From Psilocybe cubensis (lineage: Eukaryota): a stretch of 64,000 nucleotides of DNA. The notes below the pieces were generated by a model, which was not told where the DNA came from, made no database searches, and saw only the letters and a program-made list of their open reading frames with translations. Position 1 is the stretch's first letter. The number at the start of each line of letters is the position of its first letter. Location of the stretch: NCBI GenBank assembly GCA_017499595.2, contig CM039010.1, positions 1,116,001 through 1,180,000 of the forward strand, in the 5' to 3' direction. The position numbers and the translations under genes were made by a program. This document shows, piece by piece, positions 51,976 through 64,000 of this stretch.

Positions 51976-52399
51976 CGCGAAGGATCAAGGGACTCTGATG
52001 TTCTCGGCCCGGTAGCCGATGTTAGTCTAGGACGCCCATGTGATCGACTCCTTGTTTTAACTACACCACCATGTCGCTTTTAGAGCTCGAAAATTCAAGT
52101 AGCTTCCAATCTGTTACGAAGAAGCCACCACGAAAAACGGTATATGAGATCATAGTATCGGCAACACTTGACCATACAATACTATCCGTTACGACAATTT
52201 CTCATACTGAGCAGGCATACTCTAGAAGTTGACGGGTATACTTAATATCCGTGCAGCACTCACAGGCCTCGCAACTTTCAACCTCATTCACATAATTGAT
52301 AAGACAATTTACTCACAGGTTACTATAGGAAGAATTCTGGCTTCTTGAATAAAAGACCACGCATGTAATGCTCCTCACTTCCTTCACCACCATCATCTC

Positions 52400-54868
52400 A
52401 TGATTGCAATTCTAAACACACCGATTCCGGCCTTTCTGGCTGCGTATGCACTTTACTGGATCATGAAATGGTATCAACTTCGCAAAATTATGCCTCCAGG
52501 CCCATTGGGTCTTCCCTTCATAGGAAACAAATATCAGCTTCCCGCCATAAAACCATGGAAGAAGTTTGCTGAGTGGAATACAGAGTACGGTGCGTACTGG
52601 GAAACTGCGTGCACCGTTCTACTTAAATCAAGCTTTTTAGGCCCTGTGACTTCCATATTTTTGGGATCGACACCTGTCATCGGTACGCTCCAGTCGCTGC
52701 GTATGTGTAGATGATACTGACGGTGCCGTTTTGAACTAATATCAGTTCTCGGTACTGCTCAACCGGCCTGGGATCTCCTTGAGAAACGGTCAGATATCTA
52801 CTCAAGTCGTCCAAGATTTGTTGTTGCGTAAGGATGAAATGGATCACAACTTAATTTATGGCATCAATGAATTCTTTTCTTCAGCGGGGAAATTTTGTCC
52901 GATAACAGACGAGGGCTGATGCTTCCAAATAACGACGCCTGGAGGAAATGGAGAAAGGTCAGGATCGCGCACATCCCGGGACGACTTTTTCATACGTTTT
53001 CTATTAGATTCTCCACTCAGGGTTTCACTCTAGGCAGGCCGAATCGTATAACGACATTCAATCATTGGAGTCCAAAGTGCTTCTGAAGCAGATTCTTGAT
53101 GCTCCAGAAGAATACGAAAGGCATATACAAAGGTACTTGCTAACCTTTAAATTAAACAATTTTCTTGGTTCGACCCACTTTAAAGATTTGCAGCTAGCCT
53201 TGCCGTCTCTGTCACTTATGGAAAACGAATAAACAGTGTGGATGAATGGGTTGTAAAAGCGAACATGGACGCGATGGACTGTAGGACTACGATCCGCCTA
53301 ACCTCAATGAACTTGCTAACCTGCCATGTAGATCTCATCAGGTAAAGTATATCATTTGAGACATAGCTCATATGCTTGATATATTCCTTAGTGTCAAGTA
53401 CGTTAGCTATCTTTCTGCTGCCATGAGTAGGGACTTATAGCTGGTATAGCATTCCTGGCAAATACCTCGTTGAATCATGGCCTTGGCTTTTAAAACTTCC
53501 GGTAAGTCATTTGCTGAAGCATTCATCAGGTTCACGCCTAAGCAACTTACGACAGAGATCTCTTCAATGGTTTCGTCGAGAACCTGAAATGCGGAAGAAA
53601 GAAGATATACGTTTCCTGACTCACCTTCTAAATGATGTTAAAACGAGAATGGCAAATGGGACTTCCCAGGACTGTCTCGCCTCTCAATCTTTAGCAAACA
53701 TCAAACAGATTGGAATGGAAGAGATAGACCTTGCGTATGCAGTTTCGAGTCCTTTTGGAGCTGGAATCGAGACGGTAAGTATACATCATCTTTTCTCATC
53801 ACTGCTCTTCTCAACTCTCGTGGTCAAAGACATCCGGCAGCACTACATCATTTATTTGTGAGTCTAATCCTTATTTAAGCGACTTTGGCTGCTGCAGATA
53901 GCTAAATTTAAAGACAATTAGTGGCAATGCTGCATTGGCCTGAAATTCAGAAATTGGCGCAGGCAGAGCTGGATGCTGTAGTCGGTCAGGATCGTATGCC
54001 AGATTATGACGATAGGGGAAGTTTACAATATGTCCAAGCCCTTGTGAAAGAAACTCTAAGGTAATTAGCGACTGTCAATCGTGTTAATTTAGGGTGCTTA
54101 TATCCTTGGCCTGTGGATCAGGTGGCGCCCCGTAGCAATCCTTGGTGGAAGCCCACATGCAGTGACTGCTGACGATGTTTATAACGGAATGTAAGTTTAC
54201 AACACATCATTAATATTTATAATTCTTTGACAACGTTTATCGTCACTGTGGAAGGTTTATTCCAAAGGGTTCAACCGTTTATGCCAACATGTAGTACGTC
54301 TCATTTCCTTACTTTGTTCGTTCATGGCGGTTAATTTTCACTGACGATCAGTGGAATTATGAAAGACCCCGGTAGGTGAGATTTTATGCCCTGCCCATTT
54401 TATTATTCAAATGCTTGCGTTGGATAGAAATGTTCCCGGAACCTGATACCTTCAAACCGGAACGTTTTCTAAAAAGTACAAACCCGCGTTTGATAAACTT
54501 TGACCTTCCATTTGGCTTTGGACGACGCGCATGCCCGGGAATACACCTCGCACTCAACTCTCTGTTTATCAACATCTCGAGGATCCTTTGGGCGTTCGAT
54601 ATCAAACCTGCAGTTGACGAGCACGGGCAACAAATTTTTCCAGGTATGTTCATCGGGCTATCTATGACAAAGCTATGGGTTGTGTGCTGACTGCTCAATC
54701 GACACACTTTTCATCATGCTAAAAGACGTGAACAATTATACCAATGGATTCAACTCGCGACCCGTTAGCTTTAAGTGCCAACTGATACCACGGAACGCGA
54801 AAATTAAGGCTTTGATTGAAGCGGAATGGGAAGGGGCAAAAGTACATTTGGACCAGTGGCAGGCTTGA
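52400..54868 (+). CDS. Cytochrome P450 (group E type), very intron-rich
   Basis: N-terminal anchor + 'PPGP.GLPFIGN', I-helix 'FGAGIET|T', 'KETLR|WRP', 'FKPERFL', heme motif '[10 protein letters not shown]'. Confidence 0.95.
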
Positions 54869-55464
54869 ATTTGGCTTTTCGGATTTGAACTAAAGAAGAA
54901 AGAGAAAAGTTGTCAAATGAATGTATTGTCTCCGAGCGGTGTATAGTAGATAATAGTGTATATGTATACTTTTATTTTCATACTGACGAGCTGAAATCAA
55001 GAGGAAAGAGTCATAGTGAAGTTACTTGTCAGAGACTGATTCCGCGTCTAACGGCAGATGCTAGACGCCAACATCACCTAATACATGGACAGTACCAGTA
55101 AACAAATGTAATTAAAGTTTCGATTGGTAAAGGGGGCATTTCCTCTCCCAGACTTGTAGTTATTAGACCATCAATATCATCAGGCTCCTATTGCGGCATA
55201 TTATACGGTGTACCCGCACGGGAGAGAGTTAAGTCATACATTGCGGTAGAATATTAGACAGCGAGAAGGTATTTGGCACAATGAGAAAGCTGAAACCTGG
55301 CATGCAATGCGTAAGATGTGGGCGTGTGCGATTTTGTTGTAGTGTGGTGTGAAAGACAACAATGCGGATTCGAATTGATGAGGCTTATGAGGAGAAAGAA
55401 AGTCGTGAAGTCGTGAACAAGGTATTGACGCAGAATCGTCATGATTGATTCCACAATCACTTTA

Positions 55465-56186
55465 TCAGTCTCCTCTTTCAAGGAAGCCCACACCACCTGC
55501 GCGTACTTTGCTGATGAACATTTCGTACCACCGTTGTATCACGCTCATTGGAATGGCGACATCGGGACTCATGGGTCCGCCAGATACAAATCCAGAGATA
55601 TAGTTGAAAAGGTGTTTGACAATACGTTCCGCCAGCATGGTAGGGTCTTTTGCGGGACTGGCATTAGTCGAGGCGAGGGCCGATGGTAGTTGTTCCAGCT
55701 GTTGTTGGATGGTAGAGATAGGCTCGATCGACAGCCCCAGAATCGCAGTCACGTCCTGCTGCATGTCCGGTCCTACAGAGGAGTAGGAAGAGAATTTATT
55801 TTGCGCGGTCGAGGAACTCGGTCCAGAATAGGTGCCTTTCAAACGAAATATAGCAGATGGCTTTTCGTTTGATAGCCTGAGTGATGGTCAATGTTAAGTA
55901 TTAGGCCGTCAACATCGACACTCACACTCCCAGCAATTGGAACCCCTTTCCTGGCCAGAAAAAATGTACCGCCGCCCCGAAACCGTCAGGGAAAGGTACT
56001 TTAGAAGTTATAAACTGATCAGTGTGTGTCCCATGGAGGCGAAAGAAGCAACATACCTGTGCCTAAGAGAAAGACACACACATGATTGATAGTGCTTGCG
56101 TTTGGCAGTTCAAAGTAAGCATGGGTCTCGTCCACCTGGATGAGATTTGTCTGAAGCAGACGGCCTGCGACACAACAGCCGAACAT
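55465..56186 (-). CDS. OPI10: Hikeshi/OPI10 (DUF775) family protein
   Basis: '[15 protein letters not shown]', '[10 protein letters not shown]', '[12 protein letters not shown]', 'LGLSIEP', 'LFNYISGF', 'WYEMF'. Confidence 0.85.
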
Positions 56187-56805
56187 AGTCCTGAGATATC
56201 AACACGGTTGCCGCCTATCCAAATATCTTCTTGAAGTTGACTATGCCGGTCTGACCGGTGACTTTGTTGTGGAGGTAGTGAAACCCGTGAAGTTATCCAA
56301 AAAGTAGTTGGCGAGTAGGTATTATACTCTCTATGCGTCGTGCCATTTGTAGAGGTTTCGGGAAAGTATGGGAACGTGCCAGAAATGGATAGAACGGTGC
56401 CATCAATAATATCGGATGCTCTTGCACCTCAACCACTTTGTTCTGCTGGTTATAGAGATTCAAATTCATTTGAATCCATAGACTGCGGTCCTTGCAATTC
56501 TACTCAAAGAATGACACCGTAACACAATCAGAAATGGCTGGCAGCTTCGCAAGCTTCAATAATGGCACGGAAAAGTTGTGTTGAAGTCTTCTTATGGCAG
56601 TGCAGCGTACAACGTCAATGGTACGTTTCCTAGTTATCAAGTCAAATGTTGCTATCTGACCAATGATAGCAACTGGCAAAAATAAAAGTTACCTCTCCCC
56701 AGAGCACAGCTTATGGCGTTTTTTTAATGCTGGCTCATTTCTGGCAACTTATATTGTGATTCCACGCGCAATTTGCGGCCCTCTTTCAAAAAACGAAGAT
56801 TACCC

Positions 56806-59800
56806 ATGGATCCATTGTCAATCACTGTGTCCGCTATATCACTGGCCACGACTCTGAATAGCATATTAGAGTTGGCGCTGGGTGTACGAGAGTCTTTTCA
56901 AAAGGTTTTAAAACTACTTAATCTTACGATGCTGGAATCTCACTATCATTAGATCTGCCGGAACAGAGAGGGTGCCCGCATACTTGCCTCGGAAATAATT
57001 TCCACCCTGCAACAATTGAAGTGCTTTTATGATGAGCATCTCGACCTGTTGGAGAATTCACCCTCTATCCGGACAGCAGTGTTATCATTAAAGAGGCATG
57101 TTTGTTGGTCAATTGGTCAATGGTGTATTCGTTTTATCTCATAACTGTTATAGTGAGGTTGAATCGATATATTCGAAATGTCGCGCAATCACACCTGTTA
57201 CTGCCTCACGGACAGTCGTGGAAAATGCTAAACTAGCATTTAAGCATTGGACACGGCGGAACAGCATTGAAAACGAGATCAAGGAGCTTAAATGCCGGGT
57301 TAGCCTGTGCTATATACAGTTCACGGTAAGTAGTCATATCTTTCAGTAACACCAATGCTAACTCTTGATTCCAGATGTTTGCTGCTGCTAGAGTAGAGGC
57401 ATCCACTCAAAATATACGAGCTGTCGCAAAAAGAATTGATGCTACAACTATGAGGATCGAGACTCGAATACTAAAATTTCAACAACACCACCAAAACTTT
57501 GGGATGGAGGCAAACCGACAATCCCCATATTTTGATCCACGAAAAAGGGATACACAAGTTGCCGATGGTTATCTACGCAACGAAGTGGATGAAATCGATC
57601 AGATACTCAAATTCATTCTAACACCTCACACCATATTCACAATCACTGAAGACTCCCACCTACGCCCATTTAGCCCCGTTCTTCATTTTAAGCCGGATTC
57701 AAATAAGAAACCAACCTATCGTCGCGAAATCATCAGCATGACCATCGATTTATTCCGTCTCCTAAAGAACCTTCCTGCATGCGAAACGTCATTTCAGTTA
57801 GGGGCGGAAAATTTACTCAACTTATCAATTGGACTTTACCATCTAGAATTGTACCAGGAAGCCGAAGTTATTGGCATCTGGGCAATCAAATTATTTCGTG
57901 TTCTAACGGACAGTAACCGAGACTCGTATCGCCCTTATCTTGCTCTTTGTCTTCACAATGTAACGCATTATCATATGGCCCAAAATAATGCAAAAGAAGC
58001 ACACGCTGCTATGGTGGAATGTCTCGACATATCCCGAATGCTGGTCAAGGAATCTCCTACTCCCGAACTCGTTGCCTCCCTTTCTCGGTCATTGGTCAGG
58101 TCGTCGAAGATGGCCACTGTGGATCAAAAATATGCCCTTTCCCTACTAGAGAGTCAAAATGCGGTCAGAGTCATCGAAGATTTCTTTCAATCGACCAACG
58201 AAAAGCATCGTGATCTTAGTTTTTCCTTATTCTTTGGTACTGGATCCTGTTATTTGCAGCGAACTTTGGATCGACCAAATGGAATGGAAATTGTTTCCAA
58301 CGAAAGTTCGATGACTCAGATTTTATATGAATATTCACAAGCCCTTCACCAATTGTCACATAACCTTCACCATCACGGAAGATTCTTGGAGGCCATTGAA
58401 GCAGACACGAAGGCCTTGCAGTCGATTCACTTCAGTGGCCAACCGAACACGATTTCTATCCACGCCGACATTGCCGAGATATTGATTCATCTATGTCACC
58501 CAGATCTTCGTATATTCATTCAGGTTGACGATATTGTTCGGTATATTGGGGATGCTGTCGCCATATACCAACGATTTGCCGATGAGGGCCTTATCGTGTA
58601 TTCCAGGCCGTTGTACCATTCGCTGTATATTCAGGCTGTGATACATAGGTCCGTTGATAATCATACCGAAGAATTAAAAACGTGGAGCCAGGCCGTCAAC
58701 GTGGCAAGGTCAATCGATGATAACGTACTTTGTGCCAATGCCCTACATCAGAATTGCTGGAGTCTTCGTAAATTAGGCCGACTTGATGAAGCAATAAAAA
58801 CTCGCAACGAAGCTATTCGAATTTATCTCTCTGTTATCGACGTCCCAAGTGAAGTCCTGGCAAATACTTACTATGAACTCGCTGTCGACTTTCAGCTTGC
58901 GGATCGTCATAAAGAAGCAAAGGATGCGGTTCTTGAGGCTCTGAGGCAATATCGGATTCTAGTTTTACAGGATCGCGAGATGTACAAGGAGGCTCTAGCG
59001 GACACCACCACATTGTTGGCAAGCATTTTTCTTAGTACACACGATGCGGATGAAGCTTTGGATACAGGGGAAGACGCTCTTGCGCTATATCTGTCCCTGC
59101 CGTCTCTAATCCATGGTGAAACTGATGCTATATCCAAATATCTATATTGCTTGGATATCAACATGGCCGCCGCGTTCTCGTCATATGACAAATGGAAGGC
59201 AACAAAGCGTGGCCTTTCACTTGTGAAGCTTTTTGAAAAGCTGACACATATATACCCAGACGGTGATCCATTGGGCTTGGTCGTTTGCTGGAGGGACTAC
59301 GCGCTTCTGCTGCATGAGCATGGTCGGACTGAGGAGGCAAGGAAGTGGACGGAAAAGGCGATAAACTCAATCGAATCATACAACATTACAGCTCCTAGTA
59401 CAATCGAACGACTCATCATCTGCTTGCGCACACACGCACTCTTCCTCGATTTTCAAGGTCTCAGACGTGATGCATTGGAAACCATCTTGAAAGCCGTACA
59501 GTTGGCAAATGATGCCCTTCATGTCAACCTCTCTTTGGCCCCCGTTTACATTTCGTTAAAAGTCTTCCACGTTGACTTACTTTGGGAAAGTGGTCGTTAT
59601 GACGAAGCCCTTAGTGTAAGCGAAGAGTCCGTAGCATTTGCTCGACGCACAACATCACTAGATGTGGATAGCCTTATCGGCTGCCTTAACATGCATGCAA
59701 CAGTTCTAAATTTCAATAACCATATTGGACAAAGCATCGATGTAGCCAACGAAGCGATTGAACTGTGCCACTCATATACCGATTTTCTAGAGCCAGATAT

Positions 59801-60365
59801 TATTGCCATTCATCTCTCATATGCTCACCACAGGTTGTCAGAAAGCTTTGCGGATCTGGGCCAGCATGACGAGTCACTCTCTCATGCTGAAGTGTCGATG
59901 AACAAACTTGTCTCCTTCCACAATGTAATCCCATTCGTACGGCTTTCACACTTCCGATACCAATTAACGATGTCTTCAATCAACCTAGCTGAACGGCTCG
60001 CCACGGCTGGAGACTACACGAAATCTATTCAACTTATGATGGATGCTAGATCGTTTTTCGAAGAATCGACCCGTTCTAGGAAGGGTTACTATATCGAACT
60101 TACCCGAGTTCTGCGTTTAACGTGTCTTCTACATTGCTCATTTGGACGACACGATGAAGGTGCTGCTGTAACAATCCACCTAGGTAGTCTCAGAAAACGT
60201 CTCTCCGTCTTTGCTCCCAACATCGCAGCTCTAATTGATAGCGAGTTTGAGCGCCCTATGCGTCGGCCTACTTGGTTGAAAACTTCGGACATAACATCGG
60301 ATTGTTCTTGTTTGCCTGTTTGCTTCCTAGCTCATTCCGAACCTTTTCCAATGCCCAAACCATGA
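56806..60365 (+). CDS. MLKL/HeLo-like N-terminal helical domain fused to a long TPR-like array; no NACHT/NB-ARC seen
   Basis: Exons 56806-56904, 56953-57095, 57154-57325, 57375-60365: MDPLSITVSAISLATTL...ICRNREGARILASEIISTLQQL...WTRRNSIENEIKELK...; repeated 'LA..L..L...L...GR..EA.....EA..IY' TPR-type units. Confidence 0.75.
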
Positions 60366-60677
60366 GTGCCTGGAGACTAACCGGGCATTTAGTTGGGCGA
60401 AGAGTAGACAAAACTGGCACGAAGATCCATGTGACGTATGTATCCAGAGTCTAATCCCAGGCTGTCCCTGGGCATCCGAGGCACTACGGAGTCTGATATA
60501 TGCGCCTATAACCTTCATCGGGACCGAGATGCAAACTTAAAACTTTAATGGGAGGCAAAGAAGAAGAAATGTTTGGTGGTAATGTATATTTTTTACATCG
60601 CTATGAAAGGTAGATATACATGGCCTATGCCAATTTTCTTTTGTCGAGATCACTCGCAAACCGTACAATATCAATAT

Positions 60678-62359
60678 TTACAAGCACTGGCTGTACCATG
60701 GGCCGCTGTAGACGCAAGTAGATCCAGGAACACATGTGGTGGGTCCATTCCAGCCTTGGCCGCCGCTAGGTTGAGAAAAAAATCGCGTTAGGATTCGTCT
60801 ATGAGCTCCATAAACAAAGTGGCACTTACCATTGTCCGTACTTGGTCTGTTGGGCTGGGTTGGCGGTGGTGGTGGTGCTGATGGGTACGTTGCCGGTGGT
60901 GGTGGTGCTGACGGGTGGACGGGTGGTGCCAGCAGAGCCCTGGTAGGTCGAGCCAATATCGCCAATCTTGATGTTGGAGTAAATGACCTGGGCGTTAGGG
61001 GAGTTCTTCTCAAGGTCAGCGGGCTTGCCACCAGTGGTTGGGCAGCTTCCACGAGCGGCACCGGGAGCAGTCGAGTCGACGGGGTAGGTGGAGTCGAGCC
61101 AGAGCATGTTGGCGTGGTGGTCAGCCCAGATACTGAGGGCGAGGACCATACCATTGCGGAGACCAGCCTCCATACCGGCCATACCACCCTTGGCCTCGAA
61201 GCTGTCAGAGTCGCCGAAGACGGTCTTCTGCTCTGTGCAGAACTCCTCGGTGATGGAGTCGTAGGAGGATGACAGTCCAGGGATGTTGACCTTGGAGTTT
61301 TGGAAGACCTTGCCGTCCTGGACGTAGAGGCGGCGGATCTCCTTGAGCCTGCCGTTGGCGGTACCGTCCGTGGTGATGAACTGGGTGACGACGGTCATCT
61401 TCTTCTTGGTGTCGATGGTGGCGCCGGGGCCGTAGAAAGTCCTGTCACCCATGCGATAGGGGTTGAAGTCGCAGCCATCGGGGTCGCAGACACCACCATA
61501 GCGGTCGGTGGGAGTGTTGCACTCAGCTCCGGAGCATCGATAAGGGCCTTCGACAGTACAAGGGTGGGGTGTGTAGGCGGTGGAAATGGAGTTTGCCTCC
61601 CAGATGTCCATCTCGTTACAGCAGGTTCCGTACTTGCCGTTTCCGGCGTTCGGGTCGGATTCAGAAGGAGTCCAACCCTCAGAATTAGCCTGAATGGTTG
61701 AATTAGCAAATGAAAATAGAAATAGAAGAAAAAAACGTCACCTCTCCGTTGATGAATTTCATGTCCTTGGGGCACTGTGAATCGCAGTATCCGGTTCCGT
61801 ACTTGGCACCAGCCTTGTTGGTAGGGTGCCTGGCCAAACCACCGTCGGCGTCCATTTCTGAGAAGTAAAGAGCGCCGTTAAGACCGCAGGGAAGTTGGGA
61901 AGTGTCGACGTCGAAAGTGAATTCCTGGTTAAGAACTTTGAAGAGCTCGTATTTGGAGTCGCTGGCCATGAGGTAGACGCGAGAGCCGATGTTCTTGCTG
62001 CTGCCGCTGCTGGTGAGGAACTTCAAGGTAAGCGCATTGCCGCTGACAGTGATACCATAAGTGCCTTGGTAGTCAGCACCGTCGACAGCACAGTTGGCCG
62101 CACAAGTCTTGCCATCAGGGCAGAGCGTGGCGTTCCAGGAGTTGCCGGTGTAGCAGTTGGTGTAGCCGTTTTTGTCGTGGACCCAGCGCCAGTTGGCATC
62201 GAGGACGACCTGACCGTTGGTCTCGGTCACGCAACCGCCGTTCTTGGTGCAACGTTGGAAAGGGAGCTTGGGGTGGACTTCGGCCGTGTAGGTACCGACT
62301 TGCTGGGCAATAGCCACGGAGCCGAGAGCGAGAGCGAGAAGAGTAGCCTTAGGGAACAT
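60678..62359 (-). CDS. cbh1: GH7 cellobiohydrolase I with Thr/Pro linker and C-terminal CBM1
   Basis: Signal peptide then QQVGT; 'VLDANWRW', '[16 protein letters not shown]', '[10 protein letters not shown]', catalytic '[11 protein letters not shown]'; CBM1 '[21 protein letters not shown]....PWYSQCL'; introns at ~61691-61741 and ~60768-60828. Confidence 0.97.
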
Positions 62360-62427
62360 TGCCGATGCAGGTGTCTCAGAAACTGGGTAGCTGAGGGATT
62401 GGATGATAAATTCCCTGTAATTCTGCA

Positions 62428-62726
62428 GCTTTTATAACAGCCCTGGACGCGGAAAATACCCGTGTCGACTCCAGATAATTGCCTGCAAAGCAGCATAATA
62501 TCGAGTGGCTTAAGCCAAGTACACTGGTACGCGTATGAAAGTGGGATCCGAGCCTGCTAGGATACTTCTCGGAAAGTTGTTGCACCACCACAATGACCTT
62601 GCCAAGGTTGGACGCCCATCCTTGGCGTTAAGCGCCTGGCCAAACATAAACATCCGCAAGGGTAGCTACCACAATTGACCACAATGATCGCGGTTGTTTT
62701 GCCCTGCTTTGCGGGGTGAACTGGGG
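62428..62726 (-). promoter_or_regulatory. cbh1 promoter: TATA box and tandem CreA/Cre1-consensus sites
   Basis: TATAAAAG on the minus strand near 62428-62436; GCGGGG (62711-62716) and CTGGGG (62721-62726) match SYGGRG. Confidence 0.45.
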
Positions 62727-63338
62727 TGAACCGAGATCTTCTGAAGTCACGGAGTTAATGGTGATAGCAGCCAAGAACCTTAAGTTATTTCAAAAACGCA
62801 CATGAGTGTTCTCCCGTGGTAGATCCCAGGCATTAACCGAAGAATATGCGCTGAAAGAAATAAAGGTAAAAACTCCATGGTTCATGTAGAATGAGTCGTG
62901 TTGAACATTTAACTCTTCGAATTGCGAGAAGTTCCCGCCATGCATAGTTGCTGGGACTGAGACTGGGAAACGGAAGGGAGCGCATGAAGGTCTATCCAGC
63001 TTCAACATCGTATCTGTCTGACTGAACACAGTAAGGCATAAACGTTTAATATACCCGAGGCGAAGTCACAGTAATTGGGTCCACAATAGTTGCCGATAAT
63101 CAAAATGACGGAAAATTGTTGGAATTACTAGCTGGGCTGGCACTACACCAGTCCAATGTTGAGCCTTGTGATGTTGGCGATTTTTACATGGAATAATTCA
63201 CATTTCGCTTATGGACCATCCAATCGAGTTTAGCGGTCTGAGAAAAACGATGCCACATGGATACCACTGGTCCGCGAAAGTAAGTGTGAGAGAGGAGTAA
63301 AAGAAGAAGTTAAACATTATGAAGTACGAACGACAGCT

Positions 63339-64000
63339 CTAGGAAACTTCTCGACCTTGTTTTGTTACTGACTCCTTCTCTCGCTTGATGCGTTCAACGC
63401 GGGCTTCAGCTTCAAGTTCGTGAACCACCATTTGTGCCCAAAGTGGAAACCCTCCTTTTTCGTAGGCAATGCTTAATCGTCCCTCGGCTTCCGACCACTT
63501 CCAATCTTCCATACCTTCCAAAGGTGGGTCTCCGCGTGCAGCATCTTCTTCTGATGCTCGGTGTATCCTTGAGGTTAAGCTCGGGGCAATCAAACGTATG
63601 AGGGTTCTCGCTCTGTGACCGAATTCACGCGCCTAAAAATCATTTAGCATCATGGATTAGTGCACGGAGTAGAAGATACGTACATCCGACACACCGAGTG
63701 TCGTTTTCACCATCCAAACCATCCCAAAACCTCCTACCGCGACCAGTCCCGTGGCAATGGCAAAAGCTTTGGCCGCTAGTAGGCCAGATGATGCGTTCAT
63801 CTGGGCAAGCGCTGATGAAAGGGATGGACCGTCGGCGTTCAAAGCTTCCTTGATGCTTTCGTGAACAACCGTTGTATTTTGCGGACTGGGAGCTGTTGTC
63901 ACAGGTAAAGCAGCAGCAGTTCCTGTCGCCCTTCTTGGCGGAGGTGCCGTCGAACCTTTCAGAGGTAACCGATTGAGTTTTCCTGTGCGCTGCCTACGTA
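63339..64000 (-). CDS. Small membrane protein, possibly DUF1358/TMEM242-like; 5' end outside the window
   Basis: 'LLAAKAFAIATGLVAVGGFGMVWMVKTTLGVSD|AREFGHRAR'; one GT-AG intron; family assignment tentative. Confidence 0.5.

Noticed and set aside
52400-54868. P450 as part of a secondary-metabolite cluster
   Set aside because: No PKS, NRPS, terpene synthase or RiPP precursor in the window; flanked by BPL1 and OPI10
60832-62437. Long antisense ORFs over cbh1
   Set aside because: Expected by-product of strong codon bias in the GH7 gene
62450-62462. CGG-N7-CCG in the cbh1 promoter as a ClrB/CLR-2 site
   Set aside because: Spacing is 7 rather than the reported 8 nt; too weak to call

Overview
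Eukaryotic, intron-rich fungal DNA. The short ~45-65 nt GT-AG introns and the gene families point to an agaricomycete (mushroom-forming basidiomycete); the species cannot be determined from the sequence alone. About 24 protein-coding genes are supported: two DAL/ACS-family MFS transporters, an M20 amidohydrolase, an HCS1/IGHMBP2-type SF1 helicase, a P-loop ATPase, a PSH1-like RING E3, a TPT-family transporter, QCR8, OST4, a 7TM protein, three ApbA/PanE-like reductases, an EF-hand/ZZ protein, an Argonaute, biotin ligase BPL1, a cytochrome P450, Hikeshi/OPI10, an MLKL/HeLo-like-TPR protein, a GH7-CBM1 cellobiohydrolase, two small secreted Cys-rich proteins and two uncharacterised membrane proteins. 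Two non-autonomous DNA transposons (MITEs) are also present. The most unusual signals are: (1) a ~12 kb island (~10.5-22.4 kb) in which three genes carry many microsatellite-derived low-complexity insertions and abruptly alternating CA-rich/GT-rich blocks; (2) two large proteins with NLR-type N-terminal helical domains but no visible NACHT/NB-ARC; (3) a 60-aa knottin-pattern secreted peptide visible only after splicing; (4) an otherwise intact secreted-protein gene whose signal peptide starts at ATC rather than ATG. Gene models were spliced by eye and family calls are from motif recognition, not database searches.
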